Shown in pieces: positions 1 through 11,421 of a DNA stretch of 64,000 nt. The stretch's first letter is position 1, and each line of letters starts with the position of its first letter. The translations under genes and the position numbers were made by a program. The notes below the pieces were generated by a model. The model saw nothing but the letters and a program-made list of their open reading frames with translations. It was not told the origin of the DNA and ran no database searches. This DNA is from Selaginella moellendorffii (Eukaryota > Plantae > Lycopodiophyta). The DNA lies in the NCBI RefSeq assembly GCF_000143415.4, contig NW_003314269.1:1991544-2055543 (forward strand). Reading direction: 5' to 3'.

Positions 1-2155
1 GCCTTTACACCTGACATTGTAACTGGAGGGGTGATATAAGCTGTTGGATGCCTGCGTAAAGAAAACAGTCAGCTTGGAAGAAGGAAGCTTTACGTACTCG
101 GAAGCGTTGATGTACGAGAAGATTGCTGCGCCATCAGTATAAGTAACATGAACCGTAGGCACGAAATGGTCATCGGCCAGAATTTCGTTTCCTTCAGCCG
201 GTCCGTTGCAAAGGATCATTCCAACACCACCAGCCAAGAGGACATTATGGCCCTTGTCAACGCGACTGTTTTCACCGCGCAAACAAGCCACTATCTTGCC
301 TCTCACCTTCTCGGGATCCAAGGAACCCACCACACACAACTCGCTGCAATCCAAAAGGACGTCAAGAATCAGTGCTGCCTTTCAAAGAACTGAAACAAAA
401 AAAAGCTTTACCTGCGCGATGAATTTGAAGTTGGTGCAAAGGCATCCTTGCTTGCAATGAGCGGGTACTGCCACGGCTTAAGCTCTTTGTAAGAGATCGA
501 CTCACCCTGTAGAAAAGCAAACGTAAAAACCACGATCGATCGAAACATAAGTTCGTCACCTTGTACACTGCACCATTCCCAAGCACAGCGCTCGAGGAGA
601 AGTTCCTGTCCAGGGTACTAGCAGCCACCGTGACGATCCACGGCGCAAGGTTGGAAACCACCCCGAGCGTCGGCCCGGCGTTACCGCCCGAGGCAACCAC
701 GGGGATCCCTCGCTGGACAGCGTGGAAGGCGCCAACTGCTATCGCGTCGGAGAAAAATTCCCCTGGATCTCCCCCTAGAGAAAGCGTCATCAAGTCCACT
801 CCATCTTCGATGGCCTGATCCATGGCGGCAAGGATGTCGACCTCGCTGCAGCCTAGAGGCCAGCAAACTTTGTAGATTCCCAGCCTCGCGAACGGCGCCC
901 CTCCCTTGGCCGTCCCATTACCATAGCCATGCAGACTAACGTTTGGCACAAATCGTCCAGCGGCCGTGGAGGCGGTGTGCGAGCCGTGTCCTTCCTTGTC
1001 CCTGGCCGAGAAGAAGTCTCCGGCCGCGGAGATGTTTTCGGCCCTCATGCCTTTGTAATAGTATCGAGCGCCGATGATTTTCCTGTGAGAAGAAACATAA
1101 AGAGTCTAGTTTCTCGATCCTGGAGTTTGTAGCTCACCTGTTACATAGCGTGGAGTTGAAAGCTTGGCCGGCTTGACAGATTCCTCGCCACCGGCTGGGA
1201 ACCGGACCCATTCCTTCATCGGAGAAGCTCTCGGACTCCGGCCACACTCCTGGCAATCGACATGATATTCATTAAGATCCTAGAGATCTAGAAATGAAAA
1301 TTTCAATGGAATGCCAAGAACAAGACAAAGGAAAAAGATCAACTTCGAAAGTGCAAACAAGGAAGATCAAGATGGAACAAGACGAAGGAAAAGATCGAGA
1401 GCAAACAAGAGATCTTACAAGACGAATGAGATCCAAGAGAAGATCGAGATAGAAGAATGCGAGAACCTTACCAGTGTCAAGCGAGCCGATGATAACATCC
1501 TTGCCATAATCCGTGTTCTTCCACAGCGATCCGCCCACCCTGGACAAGGAATGCTTCCTCCCGCGGCGATCCACGGACAAGCCTAGGAAATCCCACGACG
1601 CAGTCGTGTGGAGCTTTGAGATGCCACTGGGGAAGACGGAAATCACGCCCGGGAGACCTGGATTTCCAAGAAAACAAGAACAAGAGAGAGTTGGATCGCT
1701 CCAATAGCGCCGGCGCTAATTACCAGAAATGCGATCGACCTGCTCGTCCGTGAGCTTGGCCGCGAATCCACTGAAAGCGTGCTTGTAGGAATAAATGAGC
1801 GCCTCGCTCGCGTCCTCACTGTTCCATCCAAATCATAATTTAGGGTTCCAATGCCAACTTTGTTTGTGTAGCCAAGGAAAACTCCCTCCTAAGATCGACT
1901 CGATAAACTTTTTTCGATCTTACCTTCCAATTGTTTCCGCGAGAAGCGACGAGTGCGACTCCGCGATCGCGTCCGGATGCAACTCCGGGTCCGAATGCCC
2001 CAAGTAGACAATGTGAAGTTTTGCGGGCTGCAATACAATACGAAGGATGTTAACTCGAGAATTTGGTATCCCAGCTTTTTACAAACCTTGGAGGCTTCGA
2101 CCTGGAAGTGAAAAAAGAAACAAACGGAAACCAGGAGCCAAAACATTGCAGCCAT
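1..2155 (-). CDS. Subtilisin-like serine protease (S8, SBT5/AIR3-like); multi-exon, 3' part runs off the window start
   Basis: Signal peptide [15 protein letters not shown]; I9 prodomain ([21 protein letters not shown]); [12 protein letters not shown]; catalytic Asp GSLDTG and His [12 protein letters not shown]; LSLGG; [13 protein letters not shown]; PA domain at 150-450. Confidence 0.93.
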
Positions 2156-2530
2156 CTTTTCTCGGCTCCTAATTTGACAATCAGCGTATTTAACCGGTTT
2201 AGAGCCATATATAAACCAATCAACGTCCTAATTCGGCATTTTTCATTTTCCTCAATCTTTTATTACATTTTAAGTTTTTTCTAGAAATAAGTGCTAAAAA
2301 ACACACACGGAAAACTGTGTCTTAAATATAGCAAAATATAGAAAAATAACACACGGAAAACTGTGCAAATTCCCAATTGGAACAATCCGTGTTACAGTTT
2401 TGGAATGGTGGCGAGCGAAAAATCTCTCCTCCCACCCGAGCAAATGAAACAAAAAAAAGAGAGAGAAAAACTCAGTCAGTGTTTACAAACGCGAGCCTCT
2501 TTTGGAACTGTGTATACAAGTCACTTCTCG

Positions 2531-4148
2531 TCAGAAACCGATCTTCCGCGAGCAGTGATCTGTCAGGTTGGCAACCATAAATCCGGCAAAAACCTGGCGA
2601 TCAAACGCTGGAATCAGACACAAAATCTATCCAGCACTGGACTTACTTGAGCCGAGCCAAGAACGTAAATGGCCGAGTAATGGCGTCCATGGACAACCAT
2701 ATCAGCTAGCATGGCAAAGGGTATTGTCAACGACATTCCTAGCGTTGCCACGAGAGGCGTCGTCCATACCACTGACAATGCCCTGCGAGAAAGTAAACAA
2801 AGATTTGTGACGACATGCCCATCTACATTTTCCAAAAACTCACCAAATGTAATCGGAGAGAACACTGCCAATGAAGCTATTTGCAAGAACAGCCTCGTCC
2901 ACCTTTGCCGACCGAGGTATGCTTAGACTTGGCTCCAAGCCGAGTGCATGAAGTGGCCAAGCTGCAACAACAAAGCCAGTTTTAATCTTTCTGCAAGAAA
3001 AGAATGCGAAAAACAGAAGTAAAAAAGGAAATACTCACTGAGCCACCAGAGGCCAATAAGTGTAAATAATCCAATGAATCCGAAAATCTTCTGGACATCC
3101 ACAGTCTCTCCATCTTCCCCGGCTATTCGCTTCAGCGAGACTGCGTACACGGCAAGGACTTTTCAGCGGAAGAAAACCTTCCAAACGGCAGCTTACCTGT
3201 GAAGAGACCATACGTAACAGCCGAAGAGAGCCCCAGGATGTCTCCAACCATGTCATGCTTGCTCGGCCTTGAAAACAACCGATGAAAACTTCAGGAAAAG
3301 CGGAGAAAGAAAAGAAAATGGATCAGCTACCTCGACAATGTTGCTTGCACGTCATCCTTCGCCCATGTCCGCCCGAGTGTTGTCATGAACACTCCTATGA
3401 TCGTTATGAGCACTGACACGACTTTCAAGACGTTAAACTGGTCCTGCCCCAACAGCGTTCCAAACATTAACGTGAACAGTGCCGAGGTAGACGAAAGAAT
3501 CGTTGTGCTTGCAACGCTCGTATGGGCCAAGGCGGCGTTCGACAAGTACTAGACAACAAACACACGTCAGTTTGGCTGCCGGAAATCCCAAAGGAAAGCT
3601 TCTATCTCCAGTTACCTCTGTGAGTAGCCAAAGGGGAGCCAGATAGAGGCATGCCTTTGCAACATCCCAGTCTGTCCAAGTTACTTTCTCTGGCGCTAGC
3701 TTTGACGCTAAAGAAGGTTTCACAGAGGCTCCTGGAGCTTCGAGATCTTTCCCATTTTCCTGGAGCATGAGATGCTGTAGCTCCATATCACTGGCCTTGA
3801 CGCGGTTTCTCTTGGATGGAGAATCCAGCACGCCACCACCACCATCTGAGTTTTCTCGTTGAATTTTCCTATAGCGCCTTTGGAAGTAAGAATAGATCCA
3901 GTCTTTGAGCACCGACAACGGCAAGTAGACGACCATAAGCGACGCTCCCAAGTAGGAAAGCGCAAATGGTTGCTTGTAAGCCTCGAAAATTTTCTACAGA
4001 GAAAAAGAGAAAAAGTCGAGGCAAAGACTTAGAAAGAGTCCACGAAAAGGAAAGAAAACCGACATACCTGTGTGACTTCCGCCGAAGTGACCCATATCAC
4101 GACGACCGTGGAGAGAAGCACCAATCCAGCCTTGTATTTCCAGGCCAT
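2531..4148 (-). CDS. EamA/DMT-family transporter, SLC35F5/THI74-like (multi-exon)
   Basis: Spliced: [89 protein letters not shown]...GF*. Confidence 0.88.
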
Positions 4149-4509
4149 GGAATGGAACCGAGGGAATTCTCACATAGCTACCTCAAAATGCGCCATTTCG
4201 TGCTGCCAGATCTGCCGCAAGCGAGCAAATTCCTCGCCCAGATCCCGCTCAATGATCCATCGCGAAGCTCAAACAGCTGCAAGCTCGTGGAATGCCGATC
4301 CCTCCCCGGCGCGCCAGTGAGCGCATTCTTCCCATTTTAGGGCTCCAAGCTACCTAGGCGGTAAACAATCGGCATCCGGGATAAAGACGTGGAGAAGCTT
4401 TAATTTGTTCGTGGTATATTCTATTTCCTATTAAACATTCTAAATTTACGGCTTGTCAAATCCTGGCCGTTCAATTTGGCGCCTCTTAGGAGAGCAAAAT
4501 CTGGAGCGT

Positions 4510-7264
4510 TTATTTTGTGATCGCCTTGTACTGGCACACTGTCTCTCGTATAGCTCTCTCCACTGGCAATCTCTCCATGCTAGAAGCTCCATAGAATCCA
4601 TGAACTCCCGTGGTTCTCTGGAGAACATACTTGGCGTCCTCGGGTCCAGCGATCGGTCCTGATAAGAAAATTCTAATCAGTATCAATCGATCTTCCAAAA
4701 TTTATTTTTGACTAGTTTTGCTGGTTTTGACGAAAGAAATCACGTACCTCCGTGACACAGGACTATGATGTCTGGATTTATCTCTGAGGCTGCGTTGGCG
4801 ATCTTTTGGACGCGATCCACACTTTGATCGAGCGTGAGAGCGGTGCTAGCACCAATGGAGCCGGCGGTGGTGAGTCCCATATGAGCCACGATTATGTCCG
4901 CGCCGGCTTGAGCCATTGCTCGTGACTCTTCCTCGTTAAACGCATACGGTGTTGTTATAAGTCCCATTTCGTGAGCCTGTTTTATCATCTCCACTTCCGC
5001 CCTGTGTGATTAAACAGTGTTAGTAGTGTTTCTTTTTCTTCCAGTCTTTCTCAAGAGAATTGTATCTCGAAAACTACTTACCCGAATCCCATGCCAGTTT
5101 CTTCAAGGTTTTGTCGAAAGTTCCCGTCAAAAAGTCCTACAGTAGGGAAGTTTTGCACACCGACAAATCCAATCTGCTCGAGCTCGCGTAGGAAGCGACT
5201 CATTTGCCGGAAAGGATCTGTGGCGCATACTCCAGCAAGAACTGGAGTTTTCTTCACAACCTGTAAGGAGACAAAAACAAGTAATTCTTTGGAAACAGTT
5301 TTGTAAAACTTAAGCTAGAGATGAGCGTTCATACACCACAAAAGCAAAAATCAGTGAAACTTACCGGAAGAACTTCGTTGGCCATGTCAACAACGACAGC
5401 GTTGGCATCTTTGAACGGTAGCAAACCCGCGAGAGAACCTCTCCCGGCCATCCGGAAGCGTCCAGAGTTATAGATGACGATCAAGTCCACTCCTCCTTCC
5501 TCCTCAAACTTTGCAGAGATTCCAGTCCCAGCGCCAGCACCGATTACAGGAGCTCCATCTTTAATTTGCTTCTTCAGATTTGCAAGGATTGTCTCGCGTG
5601 CTAGAACTGTTTCTGGAACGATAAAACAGTGTGTGCGTGAGTGGATCAAACAAAAATAGCTACCTGGTTTTGCGTCTTTTCTGATACTAGGAAGTGGAGG
5701 TTTCCTGGTGACGCTGGTAGATTTAGTCGAGGTATTGTCAAGTTCATCAGCTGGAGGAATTTTCGCCTGATCAACGGGAGGCACGAGTTCCAGAAATGCT
5801 TCGACGACAGCTCGAGAGTACTCGGGATCATTTATGTTGCAAGGAAGGAACTCTAGCTGCAATGGAGCAAGACGATGGATCGTAAGAAACCATCTAAGAC
5901 TTCGCGAAAATACCTGTCTGTCAGGCGTTTGATGTATTTCTTTCTTGAGCTCGTCTAGCAAAGCATCTGTTGCCTCAGGACAGAAAAATGGCATGCCTTC
6001 GGCGTCAAGCGCTGAAACTCCCTTGAGAGGGCACAAGATCCGAACAGGAGCCGAAGATCTGTTGACACGCTCGGCTATAAACTTTGCAAACTTTCGATTT
6101 TCCTCTGCTGTTGTCCGCATCAAAGTCACCTACGAGAAGGAAAACAATGTTTAGTTAAGCGAGCTCAGCGAGTACCTGGCTGTTATGGACGTGGAATTTA
6201 CGTCCAGAAAACTCCGAAGGGACTGTCTCCTTGCTTCCAAAGTTCACCATGTCGAGAGCTCCAAGGCTAAGAACAAGAGGAATTTTTTTCTCCACGGTTG
6301 ACGTGAATCGATTCTCATCGCAAGCCATTACACCACCGACAATGTGATCGGCCACCTCGGTGGTAGTAAGATCGAGCACTGCCTGGAAGTGAAAGATCAT
6401 AAAAAAGAAAAAAACGTAGAAAAAGAAAAACCTGGAAGAATCCTTGAGCTACTAGATTTTCCATGGCTTTTCCACCAGTGCCCGTGGCATGGAACACAAC
6501 AACTTCGTATCCTCGCCGCTCGAGCTCCTCACGAACCGCGGTCACGCAGGGAGTTGTCACTCCAAACATGGTCACACCAACACTCGGCCTTGCCGAAAGT
6601 TTTTCCTGGATCACTCCAGCAGTAGAGAGTTTTCTCGGCACCCTTGCTGCTACCATCCCGGCAAACGCCGCTGCGGCGTTAGCGAAGATGGTGGTGCTTA
6701 CGCTGTTAATCCCGGCAACGTCCACCACTGATGGAACCAATATGAGATCACTCGACCCGATGTAAGCCGCCGTGTTGCCGCTAGCAACCGTGGAGACGAT
6801 AACTTTGGGGATTCCAATGGACAAATTTCTAAGAGCCGGGGAGATCATCCCAGTTCCTCCGCTTCCTCCAACTCCAATCGCCCCCGCGGCTGCGGATTTT
6901 GTCCTGAGGAAGCCCTCCAGAGCAGCGGCCATGACGGAAGTCGCCGCCCCTCTTTCCGCTGGCAGTGAAGATAATTCTCGAGATCTCGCATCTGGGTGAT
7001 GCGAGAGAACTGTTTCTCGGCTGACAAACTCGTCGCCGGTGTTCTTGGAGTCGTGATCTCGTGAAGTTGAGACATCTACGGTAACGATCTTTGCCTGAGA
7101 GACCTTTCCATAAGGAAGAGTTGTAAGGAAGATAAAATGCAGCCTACCTGAGCGTGGAAGAGATCCAAGGCTTCGCAGATGCATTTGATGAGATAGTCGA
7201 GCTCCTTACCTTTGGTGTCCAGGCTCGCAATGCAGTAGACAATCCCAGCTCCATCTCCTCCCAT
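4510..7264 (-). CDS. Tm-1-like protein (UPF0261 domain fused to TIM-barrel PEP-hydrolase/TBST domain), multi-exon
   Basis: [52 protein letters not shown], then [55 protein letters not shown] and [12 protein letters not shown]. Confidence 0.92.
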
Positions 7265-7429
7265 CGTTTCCCTAGAGATTTTTAAAGTATTTACTTGATG
7301 ACGAGAACATATTGTATAATTATTTTATTAATAAAACTTTTACACTATCTGCTATTAAAGTCGAAGTAATGTTAATTTAGTGGAATTTTGATTGGTTTTA
7401 ATCCAGACCATTTGCTCTTGAATAAGCTA

Positions 7430-8060
7430 AATTTTTTAGGTTAATTAATATAAATATTTCTCTATTTTATTTTTATATTCCATGCATTTACATTAAGGGG
7501 TAGTTTTGATTGTACTTAAGAAGTGATTTTGTGAAATTTGTACATGCATTTACTTTAACCACTTTTGATAATGCACTTTGACTAACACAGTGTTATGAAA
7601 TATTATTTTTTCCACATATCATTGCATTTAATTTTGCTTCAATTTTTATATGAGATGATCCTGTTTTGATAAAAGTTGATATTGCTGTTGCCCGTGTTCA
7701 AGAACAAGGGCAAAAATGTAGTTTAAGTCTAAGAACAAAATTTATCTTGAGTACCATATTTTTCATAAAAGTTTGCAAATTAATTTTGACAAATTTGTGA
7801 TTGTTTTAAAGTTCCTTACTCCAAAATGTGTAAATGATAATACTTTTTACACAATGCAATATTTTAATAGTTTTATTGATCATCTTTTTTATTTTATTAC
7901 ACTGTTGCAAGTGTTGTTAAAGCTGTCAACTTTATCTTTCATCTGATCTAAAGACAACAAATGAGCATTTATGAATCTCAAAGAGTTGTTGATAATTCTT
8001 TTAACTTTTGCATATCTTAATTACATTTGACCTTTCATTTTATACTATCCTTTAAAGATA
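7430..8060 (+). mobile_element. Highly decayed gag-region fragment of the short-LTR gypsy family, inverted relative to neighbouring copies
   Basis: 7540-7650 resembles the reverse complement of gag at 42230-42340 and 13800-13980. AT-rich with no long ORF. Boundaries are approximate. Confidence 0.5.
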
Positions 8061-8067
8061 TGTAGTA

Positions 8068-8415
8068 AACTTATGCAAATGTTGAACATCATCCAAAGAA
8101 TAATAAGTAGTAATTACTGTAAAGTGATTAAACCAGTGGTACACATCATCTTAAAGATTCCCACTAAATAAATTCAATTAAACGCAAGGATTAGTAGTAA
8201 TAGAAAGAGAAGTTATACTATGTATTGTGAACGCTATTATAAATTGAGTTTGATTGTTTAGTTGTAACTGCACCAATTGTTACTTTAGAGTTAAAGGAGG
8301 GGGCTATTGCTTTGCCATGAAGACAAAAAAAAAAAAAAAAAATACAAAAGAAAAGAAATTGAGAAAGTTATAAGGAAAATGAGATTTAGATAATGCAAAA
8401 GCTAAATTTAAATTA
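8068..8415 (-). mobile_element. Decayed 5'UTR plus gag N-terminus of the short-LTR gypsy family
   Basis: aacatcatccaaagaataataagtagtaattactgtaaagtgattaaaccagtggtacacatcatc is homologous to 26860-26925; 8380-8414 is homologous to the 5'UTR at 27170-27200. Confidence 0.65.
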
Positions 8416-9803
8416 TATAAATAGTATACGGCATTATAATTGTACACTTAGACTTCACATCATCCCCTCCTCTTGGAATGATAGAAGACCATCAAAGTTC
8501 TCTTGTGGATGGGTTGAGATTTGGAGGAACATCAGGAGGAGGCATTGATAGATCTATAAGTGGTGTTAGTTGTTCTTGATCCCTATATATGAAGTGTTTT
8601 AGCTATTGCATATGCACAATTTTTAGAGGATTGGCTTGCTGGACGTCATGTTGAACCTTATAAATTTGTAGTCCCATTTGCCGCAGCACCCAATACAGTC
8701 CTTTCCACTAAGAAAGGAGCCCTTTAGATAAACCACATACCATAAGATTAGGAAATTGGATTAACACCAAATCATCCACTTTATACTTTGCAGATAGATA
8801 ATGATAGGAGTTGTAATGCTGTTGTTGTCCCACTTGTATGTGGCCCAGATATTCAGTAGATTCTGCTCAAATAAGTGGAAGAATGCTTGTCAAATATTAA
8901 TCTCACAATCTAGCATTGGCAACCTATAACAATCGCAAAGGTAAACCTAACTCAGTTGATAGTATTGGATCATGACCATATAAAAGTTTATATGGTGAAG
9001 TATTAATGAAACTTTACACCCCTATGACATACGTATACCAAAAAAATGGCAAATAACCATCCTAATCTGAATGTTGAAAGTTCATGTACTTTTTGATTAT
9101 CCCTTTGAAGGTCCAAACTAACTGTTCCACCAAACCGTTTGACTATCGATGATAAGCACTTGTGAAAGTGTGATATATCCCTAAACAAAATGTTAAAATG
9201 TGAAATGCCTTAACCATAAATGCTAGACCATTATCCAAAAAGTTCTGTTTTGGACAGGATTGCTGGAATACCACTCGATTAAGGAGAAAGTAACCAACAG
9301 CAGTGGCAAATTCACTAGCAAGAGCATCAACTTCCACCTAACGAGTCAAATAATCAGAAATAATAATGATTTACTTATTGTTAACAATTGACCATAGAAA
9401 AGGCCCAATTAGATCAAACGCCACCAACTCAAATGGACAGGAAACTGCAATCAACTTCAACTGTCCTTTTGTAACAAAAGGGGAAATATTATGAGCTTGG
9501 TACCAAATATAGCTATGCATATATTGAATAACATCACGTTGCATCTCCAGCTAATATAAAGACTTGCACAGCTTCTCAGTCAACTGACGATGTCCTATAT
9601 ACCCATCTAAAATAAAAGAATCATGGTAGGTGTGGAGAAAGCTTGGAATAAAGATCGAAGGCACAACTAACCATAAAATATCATCATCAGGATCCGTCTC
9701 TACAAAATAAAGAAGACTATCCTCAAGGCGATATTGAGAATGTAAATGCCGAAATGGTAAGTCATCAGCAAGTGATATAAAATTCTCAAATCCATCACAA
9801 AGC

Positions 9804-11421
9804 TATAAGCGAATAAATTTTTTCCATTCTACTTTAGTCACTTAACCACATCTCTGACCACTTGGAGGAGTCTCATTCACAACCTCCATAAGTCCTACTA
9901 AGGTCTTGGGGCTTGCTAGCCCTGAAAATGGCATCCATACCACTCAACCTTTGCACTTGGTCCCAGTGCTCCACGTGTCCAATCCCATGACCGACACCCC
10001 AAGGCACCACCAACATACCAACCTGTTACGCTAGGCCATGCCTAATTGCCTTGGTCACATCAGTGGTCCAACACCACCTGCATTGCAATCCCGTCTCTCC
10101 AAGACTGGGCCATCCATCCATGAGTGGTCATCCCAGATACACTCTTTAGCATCCCTAGGATGCCTGCAGACATGGGGAATAGCCTTTCCCAATATCTCTT
10201 TTTTGATCCCCACCAAGTCCCTTTCTGTCCTTGGCCGTGTTCGCTAACACTGCCACTGGATCAGGGCCCACAGGCCTGACCACTAAGTCCCACAGTCCTC
10301 TGGGACTTTCTCACTGCACGATTGTATCCTTGGTCACTACACCAGAGGACTACTCCTCTTCCTTTCCACGGTCTGGGCCTTTGGGACAACATTTCGGAAC
10401 ACCATGGCCTTACATAAGCCTCGTGAGTACTCTCCCCGCCTTCCGCCTTTGGGTGCTCTAGCCATGGGCTTAGAGCGAGGTTTTGTTGAGCCACACCAGG
10501 TATCCAAGTAGGTAGTGCCACCCACACTTGGACTGGGAGCATCGACCAGTCGATCTTCTGGGGGAACTAAAGTCGGCTCTTGAACACTTCACCAAGCTAC
10601 CTCGCTTGTCGGTCCATGTTCACTCTATTTTTGGACTTCCCAGTGGTCAGTTCATCACCCAACACTGAGTCTGGCCTTCCTGGGCCAAACTGGCCTTTCC
10701 TGGCCAAACTAGCTCCACTGTAGTCCTCCCCCCCTATACTTTTGGAGCTCACCAAACCCCCTAGGGTCTGGGAGATGAATGCTTTGGGCTTTTACCCTCT
10801 CAGACTTGAACTCAGACTTGGACTCAGACGTGGACTAGGACTTGGACTCGGGCTCGGGCTCAGTCTCGGCCTTGGCCTCGGTCTCGGTCTCAGTCCCGGT
10901 CCCGGTCTTGGTCTCGGTCCCGGTCTCAGTCCCGGTCTCGGTCTCGACCTCAGACTCCATCTCGAGTCCTTCTCGGACTCCATCTTGGATTCCATCTCGG
11001 GTCCATCTCGAACTCCATCTCGGACTCCATCTCGGACTCCACTTCGGACTCCACCTCGGACTCCAACTCAGGTCCATCTCAGACTCCATCTTGAACTCCA
11101 CCTCGGACTCCAACTCGGGTCCATCTCGGACTCCATCTCGGACTTCATCTCGGACTCTAACTCTGGTCCATCTCGGACTCCATCTTGGACACTTCCATGT
11201 GTCATGTGTTGGTCCTTTTGGGTCCCTTTTTGGAGCCTCATTTATTGCTCGCTTCATGCTCGTTCCTTGAGCACTCCGTTGGGAGTTCCACTCCCGCTCT
11301 CAACCTTTCAAGTCGAAGCCTTTTAGTCCAATCGTGTTACGCTCGTTTGGCTTTTGCTTCGGCCACTACCACGTGGCACCCTTTCGGCTCCACTTTGGGG
11401 CTTAGGGATTTGTGTCTCACA
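9804..11421 (-). mobile_element. Solo LTR (family B, copy 1), 1618 bp, inserted in the pol gene of gypsy copy 1
   Basis: Perfect 5-bp TSD AAAGC (9799-9803 and 11422-11426). Ends are TA(<TG)...CA. The host sequence rejoins across it (compare 22741-22770). It is the reverse-complement homologue of 17780-19512. Confidence 0.88.
10800..11190. repeat. Hexamer-based tandem array inside solo LTR B1 (GACTCR, then GTCTCG, then CTCGGA-CTCCAT with a ~35-bp higher-order unit)
   Basis: Directly visible 6/12-bp periodicity, which produces the low-complexity ORFs ([22 protein letters not shown]). Confidence 0.92.

Noticed and set aside
2296-2366. Direct repeat ACACACGGAAAACTGTG upstream of the subtilase
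   Set aside because: A short local duplication with no TIR, TSD or known motif to support a function.
4510-7264. Bacterial-like two-domain fusion as a novel horizontal transfer
   Set aside because: This is the known plant Tm-1 architecture and has ordinary spliceosomal introns.
10742-11326. Long ORFs with GL/RP/SD/ES repeats, also at 17892-18548 and 24625-25061
   Set aside because: Translation artefacts of hexamer arrays that are open in several frames on both strands.
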